From contig NC_135770.1 of assembly GCF_052425735.1 (NCBI RefSeq), positions 26,164,001-26,228,000 on the forward strand: 64,000 nt of DNA. Direction: 5' to 3'. Positions 1 through 12,276 of the stretch are shown here, one piece after another (within the stretch, counting starts at the first letter, position 1; each line of letters begins with the position of its first letter). This DNA is from Oculina patagonica (Eukaryota). A model generated the notes under the pieces. It had not been told where the DNA came from. It searched no databases and worked only from the letters and a program-made list of their open reading frames with translations. The position numbers and the translations under genes are program-made.

Positions 1-180
1 TTAGATGATAATACTCCTTACGACTGGCTACAGATTGACTTCGGAAAAGTCATTGAAGTTTGTGGTGTTGCTACTCAGGGAGACATAAATAGCAATGAAT
101 GGCCAATAGAATTCAAGCTGCATTTCTCATCTGATGGTAACAACTTTAAAAGGTATAAAGATGGAAACGGTGCAAAAATG
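1..180 (+). CDS. Gene A exon: F5/8C domain 1, first half (partial)
   Basis: LDDNTPYDWLQIDFGKVIEVCGVATQGD...; donor GTAAG at 181. Confidence 0.88.
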
Positions 181-3100
181 GTAAGATTTGATCGTATTTA
201 TACAGAAAACACAAAAACTGAAACGTTTCTGTAAAGGTCGCATAACTGACCAGTCCAGTTGACCGGGATTTAATTCAAGGAAAGAAAATGGCGACAGATA
301 AAGTTGCATCGCTCGCGACTATCGTAGCTTTATTGACAAGTGTAACTTTAGTAATAAATCTTAAGGTTATTACCATACTTCTAAAGTGGAAATACTTAAA
401 AGGCAAAATTATGACATTATGACCGCCTACTTGCGAAAGCGAAGCTATTTCACCCCCTAAAACGCTCCATCCCGGTAACCGGGCTGGAGTGACACGGTTG
501 CAGAGATCTCGGTAAACGGGTTGCCTTCACATATGAACACGTCCACATCGAAATTTTTACAAAGAAAATAGGAGTGAGGCGAGATCTCGGTAACTGGGCC
601 AGCCCATGCAACCGGGTTCATATGAAGAAGCCCTTAGAAGGTCTCTGAGTTGCCCTTTTATTTAATCTTTATATTATTACCTTTAAGATATTTCACAGGG
701 AAGGTGACTCTAACACGGTTGATCAACACCAACTACCAGTGCCAGTGTATGCCAGATACGTTCGCTTCTATGCAATGAAGGTTCACAATGGGAATTGTAT
801 GCGAGTTGAGGTGTATGGCGCAGAAAGTTAGTTGTTGTTCATTTCTTACTGTTATAATTTGAATTGCGAATCAGTCTGACTTGTGACCTTGTGACAACCA
901 CTCAAAATTGGCTTGAACCGCCGAACCGCCAGAGTATAATAAATCTTCTATACAAGGCTTGTGCTTGTCTTTTTGCGAAGTTACGTACGGTAATTTCCAT
1001 GGAAGCTATAAATCTCGATGTTAATCTCATTAAATATTCAGAATGTCTGGAAGCTCAAGGTATGGAAAATGGCGAGATCTCTGACGAGCAAATTACTGCA
1101 TCTTCTGAATGGGATGTCGCTGAGGCCGCTATCCATGGAAGACTTCACTTTCAAGAATCGCTTTTTGTAACAGGTGGTTGGGTGGCTGCCACAAGTGATT
1201 CCAATCAATGGCTTCAAGTTGACCTGCGCAGTTTGTACACTAAAGTGACGCGTGTGGCAACCCAAGGAAGAGATGCCTTTTGGCATAGCAACTGGGTAAC
1301 TTATTACATGCTACAGTACGGTAACGACAGAGTAAACTTCCACTACTACAGGGAGATAGGACAAACAGCAAACAAGGTAACAGAGACTTTCAAATCAAAA
1401 TTATTCCGCCGTCACATTCGTGTTATATTACAGACCAAGCGAGCTTGTAACTGAAATTTAGGCTGGTAGGATAGACTGGGAGATTAAAAAATACCTCTAA
1501 CACGGTTTGAAAAATTCAATCTCTAATATTTTTTTGTTTTATTTTTGCTAATTCAGGAGTTTACTGGGAGTACAGATAAGAACACTGTCGTTTATCATGA
1601 TCTAAACCCACCAATCAGAGCGCGTTTCATTCGTTTTTTTCCACTTGGTTGGCACATCTGGATATCAATGAGGGTGGAGCTGTATGGTTGTCAAGGTATT
1701 TATCATCATAGNNNNNNNNNNNNNNNNNNNNNNNNNNNNNNNNNNNNNNNNNNNNNNNNNNNNNNNNNNNNNNNNNNNNNNNNNNNNNNNNNNNNNNNNN
1801 NNNNNNNNNNNNNNNNNNNNNNNNNNNNNNNNNNNNNNNNNNNNNNNNNNNNNNNNNNNNNNNNNNNNNNNNNNNNNNNNNNNNNNNNNNNNNNNNNNNN
1901 NNNNNNNNNNNNNNNNNNNNNNNNNNNNNNNNNNNNNNNNNNNNNNNNNNNNNNNNNNNNNNNNNNNNNNNNNNNNNNNNNNNNNNNNNNNNNNNNNNNN
2001 NNNNNNNTTGCTTTATTTGCATGACCGTTACCGTTTACAGTGTTGCAAAAGCATATCTAAACTAAAAGTAACAAAACGATCCTATTATATCATACTAAAA
2101 CTTGATTAAGTTACATCGCTTTCACCTGATAATAACAATGCATCACGTAAATTCATACATGAAGAAATAAACTTCATAACTAGCTTATTAACATGATAAT
2201 CATTAGAGTTCATAAGAAGTTTAATGTTTTCTGAGGTTGTTTTCCTTTCAAAGTCAGGTACTATCTCATTGATTCGTTTTAAGAATGTCCGCCTTTGGGA
2301 AGAGTATTTGCTACAATCTAATAAGAAATGTGTTTTGTTTTCTACTTGATTTGACTTGCACAATGGACATAATCTATTTGCTCTGGGTATATGGTCAGTC
2401 TGATATCTACCCAGTTCAATCATAAGTTTGTGATTACTTAATTTAAATTTCACAAGATTTTTTCTTTCATTAAAATATCTTAACTGTTGTAAATAATCAG
2501 ATGCAACGTATTAATTTTTAAAAACTTTAAAAAATTCTAATTTCCTTGAGTGTTCTAGGCTATGTCGCCAGAAAGATATATATTTCTCTTTCATATTGGT
2601 TGTGTATCGTTTAATTCTATAATTATCTAAAGATTCCGGGTCGAAATTGGGGAGATGGTAGTGTTTTATTAAATTCCAAAAATTGGAATAAAATCCGGAG
2701 TTGTTGATAGAGTGTAAGTTCTTTGACATAAGAAAAGATTGTTTGACAATTGAGTCGTTGTCTTTCTTGTTTAGATAGACAAAGTATTTCATAATTCTCT
2801 GGTAAATTAAAGGTACACCCTTGACGTACATAATTCTCTGGTAAATTAAAGGTAATCTTCCAAGTTCCGCTCTACAAGCTATGTTCGAGGCCTTATTGTT
2901 TACTTCTAAGTACCGTTTACAAAATTTGAGATGAATTTTTTCTATTGGGGAACTATCCCAAGTTTTAAAATTCTGTTTCATGTACATCCCCCATATCTCA
3001 CTGTTGTAGCTTAAGATAGGAAATATCATTGTGTCAAAAATTTGGGATGCAGTATTAGGTCTAAGTCTATTAAGGGTTGAGTGTTTTCGTATACTAAAAA

Positions 3101-6100
3101 AGGCATGCATCGCTTTTTCTTTTAAGTGTTCGAGTGCAAGAGTAAAGTTTCCCGTTGGGGTTAAACGTGTTCCTAAATACGTGTATTCTTGAACAATTTT
3201 CAATTGATTCAGTGCCTATATTGAAGCTGATGTCAATGGACTTTCTTTGGCGTTTTTGAAATATCATTATTTTTGTTTTCTTTGGATTGATTTTTAGCAT
3301 CCACGTTTCGCAATAGGACGAAAGGACGTTTAAACAGTTCTGCAATCCAACTTTGGATCTTGATAGTATAATCAAATCATCTGCGTACAACAGGGAGTTT
3401 ATTTTTGTTCCATTTGGAAGTACAAATGGATCAGATAGAGTGTTTTCAAATAAATATGGCAAATTATTTATATAGAGATTAAATAAAAGGGGGCTTAGGA
3501 TACACCCTTGAAGTACACCTCGTGAGTATGCGAAAGATCGTGTTTTGTTTTCTCCGACTCTTATTGAGCATGAAGAGTTGCAGTAAAGGCTTTTAATTAA
3601 ATTGTAAAAATTTCCTCCTATGTTCACTTTGAGTAACTTATAAAATAATCCCTCGTGCCAAACGGAGTCGAAAGCTTTGCGGAAATCTACGAAGCAAGCA
3701 TAGATTTTCTCTTTGTGGTAGTGGACATATTTATCTATTAGGGTTCGTAAGGTAAAAACATGGTCTGCAGTGCGGTTTTCAGGCAGAAAGCCAATTTGTG
3801 AATTATGTAAAATCTTGTTGTCTTCAAAATATAAGTATAATCTTTGATTCAGAATGGAACAAAATAGCTTACCAAGACAACTAGAANNNNNNNNNNNNNN
3901 NNNNNNNNNNNNNNNNNNNNNNNNNNNNNNNNNNNNNNNNNNNNNNNNNNNNNNNNNNNNNNNNNNNNNNNNNNNNNNNNNNNNNNNNNNNNNNNNNNNN
4001 NNNNNNNNNNNNNNNNNNNNNNNNNNNNNNNNNNNNNNNNNNNNNNNNNNNNNNNNNNNNNNNNNNNNNNNNNNNNNNNNNNNNNNNNNNNNNNNNNNNN
4101 NNNNNNNNNNNNNNNNNNNNNNNNNNNNNNNNNNNNNNNNNNNNNNNNNNNNNNNNNNNNNNNNNNNNNNNNNNNNNNNNNNNNNNNNNNNNNNNNNNNN
4201 NNNNNNNNNNNNNNNNNNNNNNNNNNNNNNNNNNNNNNNNNNNNNNNNNNNNNNNNNNNNNNNNNNNNNNNNNNNTAGAAGTAGCAGAAACAGTAGCAAT
4301 AGCGGTAGCGGTAGTGGTAGCGATAGTGGTTGTGGTAGTGGTAGTGGTAGTAGTTGTAGTAGTGGTAGTAGTTGTGGTCGCTGTGGTGCTAGAATTTATT
4401 TTGGCAAAAATAAATTGTTTTTCAGCAATTTTATTCAACTAATTAAACTTTTAAGCTACTCTGTGTAATTTTTCGAACCAATGACACAAAGTTTCTCCTT
4501 ATTTATGTAAATTTATTAATTTAATCTCCTCACAAAAGTACCCTTTTACCCCCACGCAAGAGTAGTACAATGCTAACCGTGGAAGGCCTGATTTTTTAAA
4601 AAGTTAATCATAGTATTTTAAAGAAAGTGCAGTTAAAGTTTACCAAGGCCCCTAAATAAAATAGACTCAAGACGCATTTGAACAGCGTTAGTCTCAATAT
4701 GAAGTAAAATATTTGAAAATACAAGCAAGAATTACTGATTTGTAAAATAATACACTGCGGAGAATATGTGAATAGTTCATGTTCTCGCTGATAATTGTAA
4801 ATATTTCACTATGAATCGAGACCAGCCTTGTGCCTATGCATCATTTTCAGCGGCCTTAGTTAATTCAAAACCTGACTATCACATAAAAATGGCATCTTTA
4901 TTGCTTCAAAATAGGTTTAGCATTGTATTATCTATTTCAATCAATCTCTTTATACTGTTAGAATGTCAAAACGCTTTGGGCATGGAGAACAAATTAATAT
5001 CTGGTGGGCAAATCACTGTCTCTTCTACATGGGGTAGCTCTCATCGCGCGAGTTACGCTAGGTTGCGCCTGACGAAACCAAAAGGCTCTTGGGTAGCTGC
5101 CACAAGTGATGCTAGTCCTTGGCTCCAGATTGATCTGGACAGTCAGACCAGGAGTATAAGTAGTTTGTATAGTGTCTTGTCAGGGTGAGAGTAGTTCTAA
5201 AAGGAACTGATGTTGGCGACTGACAATTAGACAACCTGAATGGAAGTCATCTTTAGAGTTAGGGCCAATTGAATTGAATTGCGGGTTGCTCAATGTCAAG
5301 CACGCCGGGCCAGTGGAACGCTTGATCAAGCGGCACTCTTGAAAAAACTTTTTCCTGATTTATCCGATTGAGCTCAAATTTGACACAATGATAGACCTTT
5401 TTATCCCAAACAATCGTATGATTTTTGTTTTTTGAATTATACGGTTTTTGGCGGAAAAATGACGTCACGGTGCTGAAGGAAAATTTTCATTTTATTGTTA
5501 TGATCCAAAAAGTACATTATTCTGAAAGACCTCGCTGAGATAAAGTGAAATGCGAAAAAATTACTGAAAAATCTCAATCCGTCTTGAAGATATAGAGTTT
5601 GAAAATTTGAATTTCCCGCCATTTTGTTACTATTTTTAGAACAATTACAAAATTCAAATCTTTATATCTTCAAGGCGGATTAAATTTTTGAATAATTCTT
5701 TCGCATTTCACTTTATCGTAACGTCTTCTTTCAGAATCGTGTACTTTTGTGCCATAACAAGGGAATAAAAATTTGCCTTTAGTACTGTGACGTCATTTTC
5801 CCGCCAAAAACCGTTAATTCAGAAAAACAAAAATCATTCGATTGTTCATTCGATAAAAAGTTCTATCATTGTGCCAAATTTGAGCTTAATCGGATAAAAC
5901 AGCAAAACGTTTTTCCGAGAGTGCCGCTTCATGCAAGCGCTCTGCTGGCCCGGCGTGAAGTGGAATATTAAGTGCGAATTTCCCCACACAATCGTCGGCT
6001 TACTAGCTGTCGTCGCGAGCGCTATTTCGCACCGATATTTTATCTAATTTTTTTTGTAAGATTTAGATAGATAGTAACTTTATAAACTTGTCAAAATAAC

Positions 6101-9100
6101 CACTTTATTAACGATTTACGATGTTATTGTATAAACAATTAGATCAATTCTTCAATAGTCAACATTTCAAAAGATCATGAAAACGACACCACATAATTTT
6201 CAAGACTTTGTAGTGAACAATTTTCTTCTCGCAGCTCGAGGCAAAATGGTGGAGTAGTACATCACTATAAAGAACATTTGCACATCTGGGGGACAGGGCC
6301 TCTGTAATTCTAAGCAGTTTATCTATACAATGCCCGCCCAAATTCTAACGCTCGTATAGAGCGACTACATTATAAAAGAATGTTGGCCATGGGAAATTTG
6401 GTCGATTTGTTAGTAACCGAAACCTTTAGTTACTTTTGTTTGTTTCTTAGAATTTATATTTGAGGATAAATTTATTTTTAGTTAACGGATATTTAAATTA
6501 ATCTTGCCAGACCTGACTCGTCCCAATTAATCAATACTGCCACAAAACGATATCTGCTTTCCTTAGGTAGATTTATATTAATAAGAAATGCCAGTAAGAC
6601 AATCCCTAACAATTTCTATACTAATTAATTTAGGTTTTTAGTGCAAACACCGACAGCGACACACCCGTTTATCATGAACTCGACCCACCAATCAGGGCAC
6701 GTTATATCCGTTTTGTGCCAGTGTCTTGGTATACCCACAAATCAATGAGGGTGGAGCTCTATGGTTGTCAAGGTACTGTAAAAGGTTTTATAATTTATTA
6801 CATCTTTGCTGCAGCTTATGATACCTAAGACTGGTATAATTTCTATTAAAAGGTAGCGGTCAATTATCAAACGGTTTACCATAATATATCTGGCCACATG
6901 GTATTATATTTACCAACTGAAAAGCAGTGTAGGTAAATGCGTTATTATTAAGCCAAGGAAGTTAGAAAGTCGGCGTTTTTCTGTTACAGTGCTTTAGAAT
7001 TCTCAAGACTGTGTGGGCATAATACCTTACAAGATTTCTATATAAATCTATATAGCCTATGAATACAGGGATCGTACGGTAGGTGTGGCAATATACTTAT
7101 TTGCGTCAATGATCAATTGATGACAAAATCCTAAAGACACGACAGTAAAAAATACTTGTTAAAATTGCCTCAAAATCAAGAACTGTCGTCGAGTTTTGTT
7201 AGAAAACTGCCCCACACTCAAGAACTGTCGTCAAGTTGCGGCATTTAATTTAAACCCTTACCGGCCATAGTTGACTCTTGAGAGAAGACATGGTTTGCCT
7301 AGCCTAGCTCCAACCATGCTCCTAGAAGCTGACAAGACACTTCTTAAAAGGAAGTTTACGATAAAACAATTGGCCCTCGAATAGTGCTTTTAACGCCAGA
7401 ATGCAAGTTATCATCATTTTGACCTCTTTTCTTCGCTTGCATACTGGTAATACATAAAAGGTGCGCATTTATTAATGAGTTTTAAGTTTTCGCTTGTACT
7501 TGTTTCTGCGTAGAGTAAGGCTGACCTATTCGTGAAAATGTTTTAACAATGGCTGATATATATTTCAAATTTCGATACTTTTTGTAATTAGTCCTTTTTT
7601 GATAGATTTTTAAAAGTAAGTAGTAGACTTTTCATTTCATGTAAGTGTCACTCGATAATTCAGTTTCTTTTAACTGCAAAAGAGGTTAAATAAACTATTA
7701 TTACTATATCCGCAGATGTGGACGAATGTCAAAATCTGACACACAATTGCCATGCTGTGCTTGCCCAGTGTAGCAACAATGTTGGTTCATTTGAATGCAC
7801 TTGCCTTCAAGGATACACGGGAGATGGCGTGGATTGCTATGGTATGCATGGGTATTCATCCAATTTTCTTCCTAGGTGAAAGGGAATGGGAAGCTAATAA
7901 CTCTGTTTGAATCCCAACTAGGGATCAAGTTTATGATGTATTACCGAAGTAAACTTTTTCAATGACAAGGAAGGATCCACGATTGAAACATACAGGCTAC
8001 CCGGCTTCTCTCACTATCCTGAAACACTCACCCTCATTTGTTGTTTTGCAGTGGCTTCTAGACCTGCGTCCTGATAATGTAAGGAATGTATGAAGTTTGG
8101 AGGCATGCCACGTGAAACGTTTTACTGCCTCTCGGATGGGGAGTGTATGACAGTGTCTCTTTTTAAATGCTTCTTCCGTTGTAATTCAATATAAAGTTAT
8201 ATTAATATCCAAAATTTTCTCTTACAGATATTGACGAATGTGCAACAGCAACTCACAACTGTCATGGAGTGGCTAACTGTTACAACAATGAAGGTTCTTT
8301 TACCTGCGAGTGCCGAGACGGCTATATTGGCGATGGAATATTGAGTTGCGAGCCCCTCGGTAAGTGCAAATAATGTTTCCAAGGTCTGTAAGCGCGTTCG
8401 TACATTCACCCTTTTCGCGCATCGTATGCAAACAAGGACACTGACTTGCGATTGGATTAAATTCAACTCGCTACAGACTGACAGTCTAATAGACAGACAC
8501 ACAGACGGACGATCAGACAGACTGCTTCAAAGAATGACAGGCTGACTGACTGACTTGTGCTCTAAGTGGCTTGGCTTTTAATTTTTTTTTACTTCTTTCA
8601 TAAATTTCAATCGGCAGGAGACTTCTCAGTAACCATAAGAGACATATCTAAGGACAAGTACCATGCCACTGTTGTCGACCGGTCCGTCAAAAGTGTACAA
8701 GAAGCAATAACGCAAGGTCTAAACAATGATCTCGCTGTGTTGTCAAGTACCATGGAATGGCGTATCATTAGTGAAGCAGAACTTGCTGCTTCAGAGTCAG
8801 CCGATGGAACTTTAGTAAGTCAAGGGACAAATGAGTGGACAATAAACAGGAGATCCATATCCGCTGGTATCTATCAAGTCAAATTCACGGCTACATACAC
8901 AATCGGTGATCTTTCCCACTCAAAGAATGTTACTGCCTTTGACTATGGCTTTATTGAAGTCATTCCTGGTCTAGTACGAGCCGTCATCGACGGAGGAAGT
9001 AGCGTTCGTTGGGGGTCCACGGAAATTGTAACTGTTGACGGCTCATTGAGTTATGATGGAGATATTGGCCCTGGAGATCATACCGGGCTCATTTTTTCTT

Positions 9101-12100
9101 GGTCATGTTTTGATGCGAATGACACTACTGTTATCAGCAATGATTGCTTCGGTTCTTTTGTTGGGGAATTTAATGACTTTTCAAAATCCATTAACATCGA
9201 TCCTGGCCAACTTCAAATTGGCAAAACCTATGTTCTGAGGCTGAATGTTTCCAAAGATGACAGAAGATCGTTTCGGGAAATGACGTTTGAGATAGCAGAA
9301 GGAGAGGTACCCCATGTGTCACTAAGGTAAATGTTAATAGCACACTTTCATTGGGGGGCAAAGCGAAAGACGTTTAGAAAAACAGAGTTGCGTTTTTGGG
9401 CAGGGTAAAGTTATTAAAAATTCATAGTATATGGCACTTATTCGTGCACCATCATGTTTAGCTAATACAACTTGAATGTTGCAGCAAACAATAACCATTT
9501 TTTACATATCTCATCATTGCTTTTCACGCATTGTTAGTTTTTCTCTTCTTCTAGTGAACTCATGTCTTAATTATTAGTCGATAAGTGCAAGTAGGTCCAC
9601 ACTTTACAATATTGTTTCTTTTTTCAATCTATTGTAGATGCTTTGTAGATTGTGGTGTCGTTGTTTCAGCTACCAACAAGCTCCGAGTTACATCAGAATG
9701 CGCAAACTCTCCATGCAATGGCTCAGTTTACCAATGGCGATTAAAAAGATTCAATGACTATTCAAGCAATTGGGATGATGTACCTATATTACCTAACATG
9801 ACTTCAACTGCAGTAGATGCGACTAACATGGTTATCAAGAAGAACTCACTGCAGTCCAAATCCAAATACAGCTTAACGTTATACGTCACACCTCCAGGAG
9901 GAACAGAAGGTTTTGCCGTGCTGGATTTTGAGACAGCTGTGGCACCACACAGCGGGTATTGTACAGTTTCAGTCAGTGAAGGCGTGTCTCTTGAGACCGA
10001 GTTTACCTTCAATTGCTTTGATTGGCAAGATACAAGCAAACTTACTTATGAATTTCAACTTGGAGAAGAGCCAATATCCTATGGCAGCTCTCCACAGTCT
10101 GTGTCGACCGTGTTACCGGCGGGATCTTCAGAAGACGATTACCAACTACAAATCAACATCGTAGTCAAGAATGCTGTCGGTGTAGCGGTTTTAGTTAATC
10201 TTATTGTTAAGGTACCCATAAAATTGTGGATATATTTTCTGTCTTTGACTAACTAATAGGATAAGAACAATAACAATGCGATATATCGTTTCGTGGTATT
10301 CAGTACATACCCATGTATGCAAAATTGAAAAAAAAAAGCAGTCCGTTATTAGGTAATCGCCACTTCTTCATTTCAATCGATCCTTATTAGGGGAATTGAC
10401 CATCCTGTCCCAGATTAGACTCAATGACACACTCGCCTTTTACATCGTTGAATATTATTGGAAGGTCACTTTCAATTATATCAGTATCTTTAGCTCATAT
10501 GTCGTGAAATATATCAACCGCTTAACTTTCAGGTAATGTAAATGTCCGTTACGATAATAGTAACTGGCTCTCGATTAGTGCACGTGATTTACAGCTAGTG
10601 TCATTGGCAAGAACTAAAACATTATTTTATGGGGCAAGGGGAAGGGGGCATCAACAGGTGTCCTTACTAAAAAAAAAACTGGAAGCAACTTTAGTGAATA
10701 TGCACTAAGAAATATCTATAGGCGTACTGACTTCATAAGAAGCCTGATAACTATTTTTCTTGACCATTTGGCTAAAGATAAAAGGTACCGATTACGTAGC
10801 AGATATCTTTTTGATCCTTGCTTTGTTGGCCACTTTTCGGTCGTAGGTTATAGCTTTATTGTTCTTTTGCAGGTCACACCACCGTCCTCGCTTGATCCTT
10901 GCCTTTCATCGCCAGATGCAGTCGCAACCAAGTTAAAAAGCTATGTAATCGGCGAAGGTAATAAGCTAGACGGATTTCTAAACAAAGGCGAACTCAGTCA
11001 AGCTCTTCAGCTCTCCTTGTCCGTCTTGAAGATTGCCAATGAGGAGTCAGATTGTGGACAAACATTGGACCCGGATGTTAAAAAATTGGTGTGTTGACGT
11101 AAACGGTACCATGTTAGTTAATCACTTATCCATGTTACTTTATATAATAACCTGAATTCTACGCGCATTTTGATTGGTTCCTACTTATGATCTATCAGAG
11201 TACAGACACATAGTTGACGTCACGCGGTGGTGTGACTCGTGCGCGTGATCAGAGTTCATTGTCCAAATCAGAGTTGTCGGCAAAGTTTTTAAAACTTGCG
11301 GGGCCACAACAAAGCAAAAAAGTTCAGCTTAATTACAAATCTTCAGTGAGAAACAATACGCCAAGCATCGTTCACCTTTCGAAGCATTTAACTGGGCGAA
11401 ACAAGCTTGAAGAAGACAGTGAACTATTCGAGAAATTATCCGAAATCTGTATGAAAGTTTGACCGGTGTTGTACAGTTGGACGACGCCACGGGAAACAAA
11501 CGAATTGCGGTTGAACGTTTCGGTTATGTTTACAGATTTGAACAACTTTCCAAATTGGAATAAAGGTTAGTTTTTTCATTGACTTTCAATTGACCATTTT
11601 TCTGTTTATTCAATCGGATTAGCAGTGCTTCGTGTTAACGAAAACTTAATGGTGAAATCAAAACAACTTAGCTCATCTTTACGGCGGCATTGCTCAAACT
11701 GAAGGGTGCCGAAGTCTTGTGTTATTATATAAAACAAATAGATTCCATTTTGCCGTGGGTCTGTTCAGTTATAGATCACAGAAGACGTCAAAATGTGGTA
11801 TGAACATCAGTGACCCACTCGGCTAGCGCCTCGTGGGCCACTTCTCTGTTCATACCACATTTTGACGTTATCTGTGATCTATAACTGAACAGACGCACGG
11901 CAAAATGGAATTTATTTGTTAATTGTTAGCTTATCTCTCAACACTTAATTTATTTAAACACAACACTACATCTTTCTTATAGCTCTCACAGAAACAAGTG
12001 TTTTTAAATATTGTTTCTTTACCTTGTTTTTAGATCTCAGAAACATTAATTGTGAAGTTTACAACTATAACACCTGCGAGTCTTGACATGTCTCGCTTGG

Positions 12101-12233
12101 TTTTGCCCGTGGTTAGTTTGGCGATGGGTGGCGGAGAAGGAAGCGGCAGTAATAGCCTGGTAAATCTTCTTCCTAAACAAAGCTTATCTCACTTCATCAC
12201 TATTTATCTAACATTTTTCTATCCATTATTTTG

Positions 12234-12276
<43 letters not shown>

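Noticed and set aside
1545-4468. Long ORFs containing X runs
   Set aside because: They are artefacts of translation through N gaps and the GTA microsatellite.
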